Shown piece after piece: positions 38,624 to 49,500 of a stretch of 64,000 nucleotides of DNA (position 1 is the first letter of the stretch; the number at the start of each line of letters is the position of its first letter). The position numbers and the translations under genes are program-made. The DNA is from Candidatus Latescibacterota bacterium (lineage in GTDB: Bacteria; Latescibacterota; UBA2968; GCA-2709665): contig CBDCOX010000002.1 in the NCBI GenBank assembly GCA_965219995.1, forward strand, positions 4,320,001 to 4,384,000, written 5' to 3'. The notes beneath the pieces were generated by a model. It ran no database searches. It was not told where the DNA came from and was given only the letters and a program-made list of their open reading frames with translations.

Positions 38624-39637
38624 ATGACGATGAACTACCATGCCTATATAAGCGTTTCCAGCGAAGACAAGATTCTCAAATACAGGATGGATCCCGGCTC
38701 GGGCGATCTCGATTTCGAATACAGCATCCACGCCGGGGGCGGGCCGGGCCCGCTGGCGGTCGATCCGCGTCAGAAAACCCTCTATCTCAGCAGACGAGGC
38801 GCGCGCGAGATCTCGGCCTACGCCATCGATTCCGCCACGGGCGGCATTGCCCTGCTGGGTTCGGTCGCCGTGGACGCCGACGCCTGTTACGTGAGCACGG
38901 ATCGAAACGGACGATTCCTTCTCTCCGCTTCGTACGGCGGAGGAGTGGCGGCCGTCCACGCGATCCGGGGAGACGGGACGTTGAGCGATTCGCCGGTCCA
39001 GACCGTCAAGACGCTGCCGAAAGCCCACTTTATCCTGACGGATCCTTCGAATCGCCTCGCGTATCTGCCCCACGTCGGAGAATCCAACACCATTATCGGA
39101 TTTCGTTTCGACGAGGACGCGGGCTCGCTTCGGGAGGTCTCCCGGACCGTTCACGAACCCGATGTCGGTCCCCGTCACCTGGTCTTCCACCCCGAACTGG
39201 ATATGGTCTTCGTCTCCAATGAGCAGGGCAGCAGCGTGACCGCGTACAGACTCGACACCGGTTCCGGCGTTCTCGAACCCGTGCAAACCCTTTCCACGCT
39301 GCCTGACGGCTTTGGCGGTGAAAACACGTGCGCGCAGATCCACATCCACCCATCGGGCAGGTTCCTGTATGTTTCAAATCGGGGCCACGACAGCATTGCG
39401 GGCTATTCGGTTGACGGGGCGGGCCGGCTTACGCGTATCGGCATTCAGCCCACGGAACCGGTACCCAGGGCTTTCGGGATCGATCCCACGGGCGGTTTTC
39501 TCTACGCGGGCGGGCAGGAATCGGGCAAGCTGGCATCATACCGTATTGACGCACGGACCGGCCGGTTGTGTCCCCTGAAGACCTATACCGTCGGCGAACA
39601 GTCCATGTGGGTCCTTGTTCTCGCGCTTCGTGGCTGA
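38624..39637 (+). CDS. pgl: Lactonase family beta-propeller (6-phosphogluconolactonase-like)
   Basis: GPRHLVFHP, GRFLYVSNRGHDSI, PRAFGIDPTG; start is uncertain (38591/38624/38630). Confidence 0.85.
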   Translation: MTMNYHAYISVSSEDKILKYRMDPGSGDLDFEYSIHAGGGPGPLAVDPRQKTLYLSRRGAREISAYAIDSATGGIALLGSVAVDADACYVSTDRNGRFLLSASYGGGVAAVHAIRGDGTLSDSPVQTVKTLPKAHFILTDPSNRLAYLPHVGESNTIIGFRFDEDAGSLREVSRTVHEPDVGPRHLVFHPELDMVFVSNEQGSSVTAYRLDTGSGVLEPVQTLSTLPDGFGGENTCAQIHIHPSGRFLYVSNRGHDSIAGYSVDGAGRLTRIGIQPTEPVPRAFGIDPTGGFLYAGGQESGKLASYRIDARTGRLCPLKTYTVGEQSMWVLVLALRG

Positions 39638-39838
39638 CAACCGACGGTATCGACATTTGAAGGAACCGGACCTTCACGAGGGTTTCCGTTCCAAACCGTG
39701 GGCGATCACCGGGGAGATCCGGAGTCAGGTTGTTGCAATTCACAAGCCGTCTTGCGACACGGAGCGGCCATCCGATGCAGGAGAACGAAAAAGTAGCCCT
39801 AAATGCCTTATTTTCCGTGAATAATAACAGTAATCCTA

Positions 39839-39867
39839 TTGACAAACCCAAAGTTGTGCCGTATTAT
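39839..39867 (+). promoter_or_regulatory. sigma70-type promoter
   Basis: TTGACA-N17-TATTAT upstream of the SPOR gene. Confidence 0.75.
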
Positions 39868-39910
39868 CGTAATATAGTGTGTAGTATGGTACAATACCTG
39901 AGATAACAAG

Positions 39911-40693
39911 ATGTTGGGACGATTGGCAATGGCTTGTTCGATCTCACCAGGATCCGGACGCCTGTTCGCGGCAGGTTTGCTGGTTTTAATGGCGGCGTGC
40001 GCAACTCCCGGCCGGAAAACCGCGCCACCGGCGCCGGCCGCCGACGAGGATTTCGATCCGGCAAGCATCAGTGACGATGACTTCCTGCTGAAACCGCCGA
40101 CCGGGACAGAAATCCCCCCTGTCGACCCGACTCCCGCGGCAGCGCCTTCCGTGGTCCATCTCGAAGGGTTTCGGGTGCAAATCGCGGTGGTGTCGAGTCT
40201 TGACCGGGCGGAGAGGGTTAAAAGCGAAGCGGAGTCGAAATTCGGGGTTCCGGTTCATGTCTACCGCGACCCGGACACCGGTCTGCACAAAATCCAGGTG
40301 GGAAACGGGAGGACCGCGGCCGAGGTCGAATCCCTGCGCCAACTTGCCAAGAGCCGGGGGTATCCCGAAGCATTCATTGTACGAACCGGAATCGAAGTAC
40401 CCCGTGCCGAGATTTACGGCCCGGATCCCGTGTACGGTTACCGCGTTCAGATCTTTGCGGCATCAAGCCGCGCGGCTGCTGAAGCCGAGAAGGCCAACGC
40501 CCGGGACACACTCGGACAGGACGACGTTTATATAGAGTCCGAGCCGCCGTACTTCAAGGTCCGCATTGGCAATTTCCAAACGAAGGAAGCCGCTGAAGGG
40601 CTTATGGAGAGGCTTAAGGCATACGGATACGATACAACGTTTGTGGTTCGGACACGCATCGCAACCATCACTGAAGAGACAACCGGCAACTGA
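39911..40693 (+). CDS. Lipoprotein with two SPOR domains
   Basis: MAAC lipobox; GFRVQI...KIQVG and GYRVQIFA...PYFKVRIGNF. Confidence 0.85.
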   Translation: MLGRLAMACSISPGSGRLFAAGLLVLMAACATPGRKTAPPAPAADEDFDPASISDDDFLLKPPTGTEIPPVDPTPAAAPSVVHLEGFRVQIAVVSSLDRAERVKSEAESKFGVPVHVYRDPDTGLHKIQVGNGRTAAEVESLRQLAKSRGYPEAFIVRTGIEVPRAEIYGPDPVYGYRVQIFAASSRAAAEAEKANARDTLGQDDVYIESEPPYFKVRIGNFQTKEAAEGLMERLKAYGYDTTFVVRTRIATITEETTGN

Positions 40694-40834
40694 ACGCGTA
40701 CGGGGTTTACCGCGGCGGTCCCGCTGCCTTGACTGCCGCGAACACAGGCCTGCAATGCGCGACCGGTCCGTCGCCCGTTTCACCGGTGTTTCCCGGTGGC
40801 CGGGCTTCCGGATCGATTTTTCCAGAATGTTCAG

Positions 40835-42691
40835 ATGAGAGTCAACCCGCTGTCCCTGAGAGTCGCGCCTTGCAGCCTTTTGGTTCTGTTTCTGCTCACG
40901 GGATGTTCGACGACCGGACAAGTCGCGACGATGCCCGAAGCCGAAACGCCGACTCTGACCGAGAAGGCGCCGGAAGCCGCTGAGGATTCCAAGGCAGCCG
41001 GGAAGCAACGCCCCCGTCAGGATGGCAAGCGGATTCAGCGGGCCGCGGAGGCACTCCGGAAGGCCCTCCGCGACGAAACGGCGTTATCCGTGGAACGCCT
41101 GTGCATTCTGCTCACCGATTCCACGATAACCCGAACCCTGACGCATGAGCGCCACCTCGAATTGCTTCGCACGGCGTTCGAGCGCTATCGGGAAATGACC
41201 CCGCCATCCGCGCTACTGCGGCCAAACTCCGTCATGGCGCGGCTGCTCGACGCCATTCCGGACAGCCTCCGTTCGCACTTGCGCGAAGACGTTCATTTCA
41301 GGGAACTCTATGTCCGCAAGCTGGCAGGTTCCGCCGATGTTCCGGTCGACTACAATTCCGAGGTCGTCAAGACGATCCGTTATTTCCAGACCACCGCCCG
41401 GAAGGCATTCAAGACATGGCTCTCGCGTTCACCGCTCTATGTCCCGATGATTCGGGAAGCGCTGCGTGACGCGGGTCTTCCGGAGGATCTGGTTTATAAG
41501 GCCATGATCGAGAGCGGCTTCAACCCCAGAGCCTATTCACGTGCAAGGGCGGTTGGCATCTGGCAGTTCGTTTGGGGCACGGCCCGGCTTTACGGTCTCA
41601 AGAACGACGGCTTTATCGATGAACGGCGGGATCCGGAAAAGTCGACGCGTGCCGCAATCCGGCATATCCGCCACCTCTACGGGCTTTTTGGCGACTGGCG
41701 TCTTGTCATTGCCGCGTACAACTGCGGGCAGGGCCGTCTCCAACGCATTATTCAGCGTTCGCGAACGGACGATTTCTGGAGACTGAGGGGCTTGCCCAGG
41801 GAAACGCGGAGACACGTCCCAAGATTCATGGCGGCGCTCATCATCTCCAAAGATCCCGAGTGGTTCGGGTTTGACGACGTGGTGTATCGGACACCTGAGA
41901 AATACGACTCGGTACCGGTGATGGAGTGTGTCGACCTTCGTGTGGCCGCCGAATGCGCGGGTACGTCCTACACACGCCTGCGAGTCCTGAATCCGGAACT
42001 CTATTCCGGATATACGCCGCCGGGCAGGCGGAGGCCCTATTATCTCAGAATTCCGGCGGGCGCGGCCGACAGATTCAGAGCCAACTACGCGCGCATTCCT
42101 GCCACACGGAAACCTGGAATGGTCGAATACACGATGCGTTACGGCGATACCGTTTCCGGAATTGCCCGCCGGTTCCGTACTTCAACCAAAGCTGTGCTCG
42201 CGGCGAACAACATATCGAATCCAAGGCGGATTCGCGCGGGCACAAGGCTGAAGATTCCCATCTTTCCGAAGGGCCGACCCACGCGGGCAGCGAGAACGCC
42301 TGCGCGCGTGGCGTCGCCCGACCCGGACACGCACCGGAAAGTCGCGCATCGTGTAAAGAAGGGGGACACCCTGTGGGGAATCGGACGCCGGTACGGCGTC
42401 ACGCCGAATCAGATCCGCGCGTGGAATACCCTCAGGAGGCATATTGCGCCAGGCGACCGTCTGGTCATCTGGAGGCCGGAAGCGAATCGGGTGGCTCTGG
42501 CCAATCCTCCGGACCCGCGACACGGCGAATTCTATATCGTCCGATCGGGCGATACGCTCTGGGACATCGCGCGCAGTTTCAGAGTCCGGGTCAACGACCT
42601 CAAGAAATGGAACCGAATCCGGAAACCCGCCAGTTTGCGGGTGGGTGCCCGGCTACTCATACGACCATCCGGATCCCGGGCGGTCGACTGA
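40835..42691 (+). CDS. mltD: MltD-like lytic transglycosylase with three LysM domains
   Basis: LTGC lipobox; IESGF, GIWQF, AAYNCG; three GDT[VL] LysM repeats. Confidence 0.88.
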   Translation: MRVNPLSLRVAPCSLLVLFLLTGCSTTGQVATMPEAETPTLTEKAPEAAEDSKAAGKQRPRQDGKRIQRAAEALRKALRDETALSVERLCILLTDSTITRTLTHERHLELLRTAFERYREMTPPSALLRPNSVMARLLDAIPDSLRSHLREDVHFRELYVRKLAGSADVPVDYNSEVVKTIRYFQTTARKAFKTWLSRSPLYVPMIREALRDAGLPEDLVYKAMIESGFNPRAYSRARAVGIWQFVWGTARLYGLKNDGFIDERRDPEKSTRAAIRHIRHLYGLFGDWRLVIAAYNCGQGRLQRIIQRSRTDDFWRLRGLPRETRRHVPRFMAALIISKDPEWFGFDDVVYRTPEKYDSVPVMECVDLRVAAECAGTSYTRLRVLNPELYSGYTPPGRRRPYYLRIPAGAADRFRANYARIPATRKPGMVEYTMRYGDTVSGIARRFRTSTKAVLAANNISNPRRIRAGTRLKIPIFPKGRPTRAARTPARVASPDPDTHRKVAHRVKKGDTLWGIGRRYGVTPNQIRAWNTLRRHIAPGDRLVIWRPEANRVALANPPDPRHGEFYIVRSGDTLWDIARSFRVRVNDLKKWNRIRKPASLRVGARLLIRPSGSRAVD

Positions 42692-42725
42692 GTCAACCGG
42701 CAGAACAAAGAGGGAGGGCTCGTCC

Positions 42726-43253
42726 ACGCCCCAACTGTCGCTCCTGAGAGTCCTTCGAGACCTTGTGCTGATCGCCCTGGCGCTGCTGGTTCAGACCTCC
42801 TGGGCGCATTCGGTCCGAATTCTGGACGTCGGCCCGGATCTTGTAATCATCGTGCTGGTATACCTGGGCATAAACGGGGGGCAGATTGAAGGCACGTTGT
42901 ACGGATTCGCATCCGGCTTCCTGCTGGATGTGTACAGTCCCGAGACGATGGGCATCAACGCGCTTGCAAACAGCGTGGTTGGATTCTCCGTCGGTCATTT
43001 CCGATCGGGCGTCGCTATCGAAGATTTCCGCGTGCAGGCCTTGCTGCTGTTCCTGGCGGTTCTGCTGCACGATCTGATCTATTTTGTTTTTGCGAACATT
43101 CTCTCGAATCCGGATGCGATTCCGGCATTGATCGTCCGGTTCGGGATCGGGACGGCATTATACACCGCGGTCGTTGGAGTCGGCATTTCGCTGGTATTGT
43201 CCATTCGCTTCAACAAAGGGATTTACCTCGATGCACGACGACTTTATGGATAA
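42726..43253 (+). CDS. mreD: Rod shape-determining protein MreD
   Basis: PDLVII...GFASGFLLDV...GINAL pattern directly upstream of PBP2; start uncertain (ACG 42726 or GTG 42765). Confidence 0.85.
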   Translation, partial: TPQLSLLRVLRDLVLIALALLVQTSWAHSVRILDVGPDLVIIVLVYLGINGGQIEGTLYGFASGFLLDVYSPETMGINALANSVVGFSVGHFRSGVAIEDFRVQALLLFLAVLLHDLIYFVFANILSNPDAIPALIVRFGIGTALYTAVVGVGISLVLSIRFNKGIYLDARRLYG

Positions 43254-45123
43254 CGGCTTTCGGAAGAACCGGGCACGATGGATGATGTCGGTGGTGATCG
43301 TTCTGTTCGCCGTTCTGTTTGTCGGCGTGTTCCGGCTGCAGATTACAGACAGCGAACGCTACAGCATCCAGTCCAAGAAGAACACGATGCAGGTGGTGCC
43401 CATCGAAGCCGGCCGGGGCCTGATTACGGATCGCAACGGTGTCGTCCTCGTAGACAATCGGCCTTCGTACACCGTTTCCGTGCTTCCGCAACGACTGCGT
43501 GGAAACACCGATCCGACGGTTCGGGGGCGCGTGGTCAACCGGCTCAGTCAGGTCGCGGGCCTGCCGGTACAGCGCATCAACCGAAAACTCGAGGACCGAA
43601 ACCGCCGTTTCCACGAGCCGGTAAGACTGATACGAGACGTTGGATTCAACATCGTGTCCGTCGTGGAAGAAGAACGCCACGATCTGCCGGGTGTGGAAAT
43701 ACAGTTCGAGGCCCGCAGAGGATATCTCAGCCTCAGCGACGGCCTCCCTCTTGCGCCACATATCGTCGGATATGTCGGATTGATCGACTCTGAGACCTAC
43801 AAGCGTAAGCGGGAGATGGGTTACCGTCTGGACGATCAGATCGGCAAGCGGGGGATTGAGCGCTTGTGCGAGTCTGTTCTGAGGGGCCGGGAAGGTATGA
43901 AATTCATCGAGGTCGATGCCTTCGGCAGAGAGGTGGGCAGCTTTCCCGAAAAGACAACCATGCCCCTACAGGGTAACGACGTCCGGCTGACCCTGGACTG
44001 GCGATTGCAGCAGTCTGCGGAACTTGCGTTTGCCGATTCGCTGAGAGGCAGCCTGGTGGCGATGAATCCGAACAACGGAGAGATCCTCGCCATGGTCAGC
44101 AAACCCGGATTCCATCCGCAATCGATCCGCGACCTGCGCCAATGGCGAGCCCTGCAGGCCGACAAGTCAAACCCCCTGCTGAACCGGAGCACAAAGGGCG
44201 AATACCCCCCTGCCTCGGTCTTCAAGATGGTTACGGCGATTGCGGGTCTTGAAACGGGCCTGATCGACTCGGAAACAGCGCGATTCCGGCCCTGTACGGG
44301 CAGCATGAAGTTCGGAGACAGGGTATTCCGCTGCCACAAGGCCACAGGGTGTGGACGGCTGTCGCTGCGTGGCGCGCTCATTCGCTCCTGCGACGTCTAC
44401 TTTTACCAGTTGGGGCGCAAGGTGGGGATTACCAACTGGAATCGTTACACCAGAATGCTCGGATTCGGTCAGCCCACTGGAATCGACATCGCTGCCGGCG
44501 GCGATGGCGAGGCTGCCGGACTCGTCACCGACCGTTCGTACTACAAAGCACGTTATGGACACTGGGCGGAAGGGTACATGCTGAATCTCACAATCGGCCA
44601 GGGCGAGACCTCCGTGACCCCCGTACAGATTGCCCGGTACATCAGCGCGCTGGCTGTCGGCAAACTGCCGCGACCCCGCGTCCTGAAGAGTACGGCCCCC
44701 GAGTTCACGCCGGTTCAGATTTCCGCACAGACCCTGAAGACCATACGAAGCATCATGCTGGACGTGGTCGAGGATCCGCACGGCACAGGAAAACGCGCGA
44801 GGGTGGAAGGGGTACGGGTGGCGGGTAAGACCGGTACGGCACAGAATCCTCACGGTGAAGATCACGCCTGGTTCACCGCCCTTGCGCCGGCGCACCATCC
44901 TGAAATCGTGGTCGCCGTTGTGGTCGAAAACGCGGGCCATGGCGGCGCGGTTGCCGCTCCGATCGCGGGGCGGGTTCTGGAAACGTACTTCGACCTGACG
45001 CGGCCGGAACGGAAGACCGATATGATCGTCGCCACGCGCGTCGACAACGAACAATCGCCTGAAGCGAACGACTCCGATCCGGCGCCGGCGGGGAGCACGA
45101 CGCCCGCGGTCGTCTTGAGATAG
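43231..45123 (+). CDS. mrdA: Penicillin-binding protein 2
   Basis: SVFK, SCD and KTG motifs; RGLITDRNG; located between mreD and rodA. Confidence 0.92.
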   Translation: MHDDFMDNGFRKNRARWMMSVVIVLFAVLFVGVFRLQITDSERYSIQSKKNTMQVVPIEAGRGLITDRNGVVLVDNRPSYTVSVLPQRLRGNTDPTVRGRVVNRLSQVAGLPVQRINRKLEDRNRRFHEPVRLIRDVGFNIVSVVEEERHDLPGVEIQFEARRGYLSLSDGLPLAPHIVGYVGLIDSETYKRKREMGYRLDDQIGKRGIERLCESVLRGREGMKFIEVDAFGREVGSFPEKTTMPLQGNDVRLTLDWRLQQSAELAFADSLRGSLVAMNPNNGEILAMVSKPGFHPQSIRDLRQWRALQADKSNPLLNRSTKGEYPPASVFKMVTAIAGLETGLIDSETARFRPCTGSMKFGDRVFRCHKATGCGRLSLRGALIRSCDVYFYQLGRKVGITNWNRYTRMLGFGQPTGIDIAAGGDGEAAGLVTDRSYYKARYGHWAEGYMLNLTIGQGETSVTPVQIARYISALAVGKLPRPRVLKSTAPEFTPVQISAQTLKTIRSIMLDVVEDPHGTGKRARVEGVRVAGKTGTAQNPHGEDHAWFTALAPAHHPEIVVAVVVENAGHGGAVAAPIAGRVLETYFDLTRPERKTDMIVATRVDNEQSPEANDSDPAPAGSTTPAVVLR

Positions 45124-45186
45124 CCGGCGCGCAATTCATAAGTTCAGACCGGCATTACCCGTATTGAGTGAAACAGGAATCTACGC

Positions 45187-46407
45187 GTGGTCCTCTCCAG
45201 TTTCTTCAAAAAGGAACTCGATCTGCCGCTGCTGCTTTCGGTTGTTCTTGCCACGCTGTTCGGCATTGGTGCAATTTACAGCGCCACGTACAGCTGGGAA
45301 CACGGCGCGGCCGGCAGGACCTACGAAAGGCAGATCATCTGGAGCGCGGTTGCCGTTGCCGCCCTGCTGCTCACCCTGTTCGTCCCGCCCAAGATTTATT
45401 ATGCCTTTGCGTACATTCTCTATGGCATCTCAATCTGTCTGCTGGTACTGGTTCTACTGTTTGGGGATCAACGCTGGTTCGATCTGGGCCCGTTTTATAT
45501 GCAGCCGTCGGAACTGGCGAAAATAGCAACCATTTTTGCCCTGGCAAGGTACCTCTCAACTCGCAACCTGGACCTGGACCGGCCCCGCTCACTGGTCACA
45601 CCATTTCTTCTGGTCCTGCTTCCGGCGGTTCTGGTAATCAAGCAGCCCGACCTGGGCACCGCGCTGGTGTTCATCTCCGTACTCCTGCCCATGTTCTACT
45701 GGGCCGGCATGAGGCCGATCGTGCTGTTTTTTCTGATTTCCCCATTCCTGAGCGTGATCTGCGCCTTCCACTACGTCGCGCTTGTTGTCCTGGTTCTGAC
45801 GATTGCGGGCGTTGTATTCCTGGTCCGTCCGGGCCGGTTGATGGTTGGCGCTATCGTCGTGGTCAATCTCGCGGTCGCGGTCGGCGCGCCATTTCTCTGG
45901 GAGAACAAGCTGCACGACTATCAGCGCCGGCGGATTCTGACCTTTTTGAATCCGGACCTGGACAAACTGGGCGCGGGCTACCAGGTCATGCAATCCAAGG
46001 TGGCGATCGGCTCGGGCGGCCTCAATGGCAAAGGATACCTGCAGGGTACCCAGACCAAACTCTCCTTCCTTCCCGAACAACACACCGACTTTGTATTTTC
46101 CGTAATCGGCGAGGAGTTCGGATTCGCCGGCGCGACGATCGTACTCGCCATGTTTCTCCTGATCATCTGGCGCGCCATCCATATCGCGGGCCTTGTCAAG
46201 AGCCGTTTTTCAAGTCTCGTCGCCATTGGTCTGGCCGCCATGCTGACCTTTCATGTCTTTGTCAATATAGGCATGACCGTCGGCGTGGTGCCGGTTACCG
46301 GTCTGCCGCTGCCGTATTTCAGCTACGGCGGCTCTCACCTCGTTGTCAATCTGATCCTGGCCGGACTGCTGCTCAACATCTATGCCTACAGGCACGAATA
46401 TCAATAG
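45187..46407 (+). CDS. rodA: SEDS glycosyltransferase RodA
   Basis: QPSELAK, QPDLGT, LPEQHTDFVF, TGLPLPYFSYGGS. Confidence 0.93.
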   Translation: MVLSSFFKKELDLPLLLSVVLATLFGIGAIYSATYSWEHGAAGRTYERQIIWSAVAVAALLLTLFVPPKIYYAFAYILYGISICLLVLVLLFGDQRWFDLGPFYMQPSELAKIATIFALARYLSTRNLDLDRPRSLVTPFLLVLLPAVLVIKQPDLGTALVFISVLLPMFYWAGMRPIVLFFLISPFLSVICAFHYVALVVLVLTIAGVVFLVRPGRLMVGAIVVVNLAVAVGAPFLWENKLHDYQRRRILTFLNPDLDKLGAGYQVMQSKVAIGSGGLNGKGYLQGTQTKLSFLPEQHTDFVFSVIGEEFGFAGATIVLAMFLLIIWRAIHIAGLVKSRFSSLVAIGLAAMLTFHVFVNIGMTVGVVPVTGLPLPYFSYGGSHLVVNLILAGLLLNIYAYRHEYQ

Positions 46408-46437
46408 AAGGTGCCTGACATTTCTGTCTTCCACGAG

Positions 46438-46463
46438 AAGAGGCGACCAAACGGTCGCCTCTT
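46438..46463. terminator. Hairpin terminator between convergent rodA and dnaE
   Basis: AAGAGGCGACC-AAAC-GGTCGCCTCTT. Confidence 0.7.
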
Positions 46464-46557
46464 TCGTTGTCGCTCGACAGGCGCGCGCCCGCGCCGAAAA
46501 ATGTGAGCAGGTTGCCCGAAATGCCGGACGGCATGGGCACGGTGATCCTTCGCGGGT

Positions 46558-49500
46558 TCAGGACTTCCGGGATACCCAGGCGCGGCGTTCACCCAGAAAC
46601 GCGCCAATTTCCGAAAACAGCGCGTCCGACGGCGACACGGTAAGCGCCCGGGATCGAATGACCCTTGTTTCTCCGTTGCCCAGTTCAAGGTGCAGAAACA
46701 CCCTGCACGCGCCCCGGTGACCCTCCAGCATCGCTTTCAGCTGCGCCAGCGGCTCCGGGTCCAGCATCTCGGCTGGAAGTTTTACGTTCAGCGTGTCCGC
46801 AAGCGTCTCCCTTGCGTGCTCCATCGCCAGAACCTCCTCTACGACCAGCGACTGGCGACCATTGCGTCCGGAAAGCCTGCCCTGGACCACGACCATCGCG
46901 TCGGCTACAAACGCAGCCTTGACTTTTTCAAATGCATCGGGAAACACCACCAGATCCATGGCGCCTTCGAGATCCTCAATGGTGCCGAACGCCATCGGCC
47001 GTCCGGTTCGGTCGGTGTGCGACCTCGTTTCGGAAATCAGCCCCCCGAGTTTCACATCCGCGCCTTCAGGCAATTTTCCGGCATCCTGTGACGAACGGAT
47101 GCCCAGCGTTGCCAGGTCCGTGCGGTACCTCTCCAGCGGATGCCCGGATAGATAGAATCCAAGCATGTCTTTTTCGTGAGCAAGCCTCTCGGGTTCCGTC
47201 CACTCCGGCTGATCGGGAAGCACATGGTTGTTGATCACCGCCGTCTGGTCCGCGAGGCCTTCCATATCGAAGAGCGAAATCTGCCGTCGCTGCCGCGCTG
47301 CGTGCGCGGACTGGCCCGCGTCCAGAGCCCGGTCGAGACCCTCCAGGAGTTGCGCCCGATGCCCTGAAAGACAATCCATCGCTCCGGCGCATATGAGGCT
47401 CTCGATGGCGCGGCGGTTTACCGCGCGCAGGTCCACGCGTTCACAGAACTCGAACAGGGAATGAAACGGTCCGTCGGTTTCCCGCGCGCTCACAATGGCC
47501 TCGACCGCACCCCGGCCCACGTTTCGCACCGCCGCCATCCCCATCCGAATCGCCGTTTCTGAAGCAACAAAGTCCACGTGGGAGGTGTTCACATCCGGCG
47601 GCAGGACCTCCAGCTTCATCCGCCGGCACTCTTCAATCACGACCACCATTCGTTCGATGTTGCCAATCTCTCCGTTCAGGCTGGCAGCCATGTATTCCTG
47701 AGGATAGTTCGCCTTGAGGTAGGCGTTCCGGTACGCCACAATCGCATATGCCGCGGCGTGTGCTTTGGGAAAGGCGTACCCGGCGAACACTTCGATATTG
47801 GCGAAGATCTTCTGCGCCAGTTTCCCGTCCACCCCGTTCGAATCGCACCCCCCGACAAACGCGTCTTTCTGTCGCGCCATCTCCTCGGGTTTCTTCTTGC
47901 CCATCGCATCGCGCAGGATATCGGCCTGCCCGAGACTGAACCCGGCCAGGACCTGCACGCTCTGCATCACCTGTTCCTGGTAGACCATGATGCCATAGGT
48001 TTCTTTCAGGATGGGTTCCAGCTTCGGATGGTCGTAGGCCACCTCCTGCTGCCCGTGCTTGCGCGCGATGAAGTTCGGAATATGTTGCATCGGCCCGGGG
48101 CGATAGAGCGCGTTCATGGCGATGATGTCATCGATACAGTCGGGCCTCAGCTGCACGAGGTATTCCCGCATTCCCGGGCTTTCGAACTGAAACACGCCCA
48201 CGGTATCGCCGCGACCGAACAGGTCCAGGGTCTTTCTGTCGTCTTCAGGAATTCTCGTAAGGTCGAATTGCGGCTCTTTCGTCCGGATCAGGTCCACGGT
48301 CTCGTCGGCAAGCGAAAGCTCTTTCAGGCCCAGAAAATCCATCTTCAGAAGGCCGATATCCTCGCAGGTTGGTCCGTCGAACTGGGTGGTCACCTTTCCG
48401 TCCCTGGGGGACTTGTAAAGCGGCACGAAATTCGTCAGATCGTCTGGTGCGATAATTACCGCCGCCGCGTGTACGGAAGCGTGCCGCGCCAGTCCCTCCA
48501 GCGCCCGCGCGTGCCGGATCAACTGCGCTTCGCCGCCGCCGCCGTCGGCCATTTCCTTCAGCTCCGGCACCTGTTCTATCGCCTTGTCCAGTGTCATTTT
48601 CAAATCGTTGGGAACCAGCTTGGCGATACGATCGACCTCGCCAAACGGCATGTCGTGAACGCGGCCCACGTCGCGGATTGCCGCCTTCGCCTTCAATGTG
48701 CCGAATGTGATAATCTGGCAGACGTTGTTCTCGCCGTATTTTTCGGACACGTACCTGATCACCTGGTCGCGTTTCTTGTCGGAGAAATCGATATCGATGT
48801 CCGGCAGACTCAGGCGCTTCGGGTTCAGGAACCGTTCGAACAGCAGGTTGTATTTCATCGGATCCAGGTCGGTTATGCGCAGTGAATACGCCACGAGGCT
48901 ACCGGCGCAGGAACCCCGCCCGGGCCCCACCGAGATTCCGTGTTCCTTCGCGTATTTGACATAGTCCCATACGATCAGGAAGTATCCGGCCAGGCCCATT
49001 TCCACGATCAGGTCCAGTTCGAATTCCAGGCGGTTCCGGAACTCCTGCGGCACGGAATCGAACCGCCTGTGCAGGCCCTGCCGAGCCAGATGTTTGAGGT
49101 ATTCATCCGCCGTGGGGAATTCCGCGGGCAGCGGGAATTCCGGTGCGAGGTAATTCCCGAACGCGAATTCCACATTGCACTTCTCCGCGATCTCGAGCGT
49201 CCGTTCGATCGCATGCGGCAGGTCGGAAAACAGGGAGTGCATCTCGTCCGCTGTCTTGAAATAGACGTTTGTCGGATAACACATCCTTCCGGGGTCCTTC
49301 AGCGTCTTGCCGGTCTGCAGCGCCACGAGTACGGCGTGGGCCTCATGATCGTCGGCTCCCAGAAAGTGGGAGTCGTTCGTCGCCACCAGCGGAACCCCCA
49401 TTTCCGAGTGAATCCGGATCAGCCCTTCGTTTATACGGGGCTCCCTGTCGATGCCGTGCCGCTGAATCTCCAGGTAGTAATCTTCGCCGAAGATGTCCAG

